A stretch of DNA of 64,000 nucleotides, taken from assembly GCA_016748015.1 (NCBI GenBank), contig JAAOMT010000275.1:62001-126000 (forward strand). The letters run 5' to 3'. A program made the position numbers and the translations under genes. The notes under the pieces are model-generated. The model was not told where the DNA came from. It made no database searches and saw only the letters and a program-made list of their open reading frames with translations. Source of the DNA: Geosiphon pyriformis uo1. Lineage: Eukaryota > Fungi > Glomeromycota. This document shows, piece after piece, positions 63,101 through 64,000 of this stretch; position 1 is the first letter of the stretch; every line of letters starts with the position of its first letter.

Positions 63101-64000
63101 TTTCTGACAGGCATAATTTGCATTCTTCTTGATTGCAATTTGTCTCTAGACAGCTCTTTGGCCAACTTCTTTTGGTTTTATGGTGAAGTCTCTATGTTTG
63201 CTGTCCTGGGTAAGTCACAGTTTCTTAGGTTTTTTCCTTCTCTCTGACAGTATGGTGTTGCTTTTGTGGATTAACTTTATGATCATCATGGTTCTGTTTT
63301 TGATTGGCACACCTTCAAGCATTAGAAAAGATTAGACCCTTGTGGTCCTGTTTCTGAGTGGTTCAAGCTTTCAGTTGTATTTCTCAATGGTGGAGGTTTC
63401 TTTTACACTCATCCCTTAGTTTCGGATGGGATTGGTTCTTTGAACATTTTTGAATCTAGTGGTTTTGTTTCTGTCTGTGATTGTCTCTTGCAAGTTGGTG
63501 CTGATAGTTTGTCAGTGTATATGAATGAATTCTTTAGTAATTTGGGCACAGTTGGTTGTAGAGCTAACACCATTGTGTTTTTTGAGAACATTGAATTGGG
63601 TTTGGGTGTCAGTGTGTCAGATTTGATGTCATCTACTTTGGTGGAGTTGCAGGCTATTGCACTGGCTCTGGAGAGTGTTCCCCCACTGAGCTCTATTAAT
63701 CTGTTTTTGGATAGTCAATCTGCTCTGGATGCCTATAAGTTTGAATTAGGTCTAACATGTCTTGACTTTTGTAATTAGTGTTGGGTCAAACATCATCATA
63801 TTGTCAATGTTATTTACAGTAAGAATTTGAAAATCAGCTGGCATAAGGTTAAAGGCAACTCTGGCATTTCAGAGAATAAGTGCATGAACACAATTGCTGG
63901 TGATGCCTCTCTTTCTGGTTGGTATTTTCCTTATTGCTTGGATAAACACTTTATAGTGGCTGATGGTAGTTTGGTTTTTGGCAATTCCAGACATTTTGTA
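60111..64000 (+). pseudogene. LINE E ORF2 (APE-RT-RNase H), partial
   Basis: WKIATCNV, GGDFNEDG, DTDH; QKAYDSV; FIDDT; YLG; ELQAIALALE. Confidence 0.9.

Larger units (their letters stand above)
58266..64000 (+). mobile_element. LINE copy E, runs off the window end
   Basis: 5' UTR homologous to A and B; ORF1 at 58393-60114 and ORF2 at 60111->64000. Confidence 0.92.

Noticed and set aside
1-64000. Numerous short antisense and alternate-frame ORFs; possible host genes
   Set aside because: They are shadows of TE coding strands or low-complexity DNA, with no recognisable host domains, tRNA or rRNA.

Overview
AT-rich eukaryotic, probably fungal, repeat cluster. The repeat families resemble those I associate with Glomeromycotina assemblies, but I cannot verify this here. 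I found no host genes, RNA genes or CRISPR. The window is a nest of decayed retrotransposons. (i) There are four APE-RT-RNase H LINEs: A 173-16776 (-), B ~18809-34748 (+), C 34761-41516 (-) and E ~58266->64000 (+). (ii) An ORF1-only, poly(A)-tailed element with the LINE 3' UTR (HAL1-like) lies at 41989-43570 (-). (iii) Three Ty3/gypsy LTR retrotransposons of two families are present: family A at 6555-16285 and 44413-55706, and family B at 20451-29497. All have TGTTA(C)...GTAACA termini and 4-bp TSDs, and two are nested inside LINE ORF1s. (iv) An old family-A solo LTR lies at 56464-57356. The gypsy elements have an unusual, complex-retrovirus-like organisation. A conserved GTG start and an ~1.3-kb ATG-depleted leader precede the capsid ATG, implying two Gag isoforms. 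A novel ~270-aa multi-Cys domain and a dUTPase sit between protease and RT. Integrase is a separate ORF. In family A an extra 3' ORF runs through the PPT into the LTR. Both families have phased repeat-spacer arrays in U3. The assembly has artefacts: a Nextera/Tn5 mosaic end at 52774-52792 and gap-flanked duplications in 21711-28454. All ORFs carry C>T/G>A nonsense mutations or indels, so no copy looks active.
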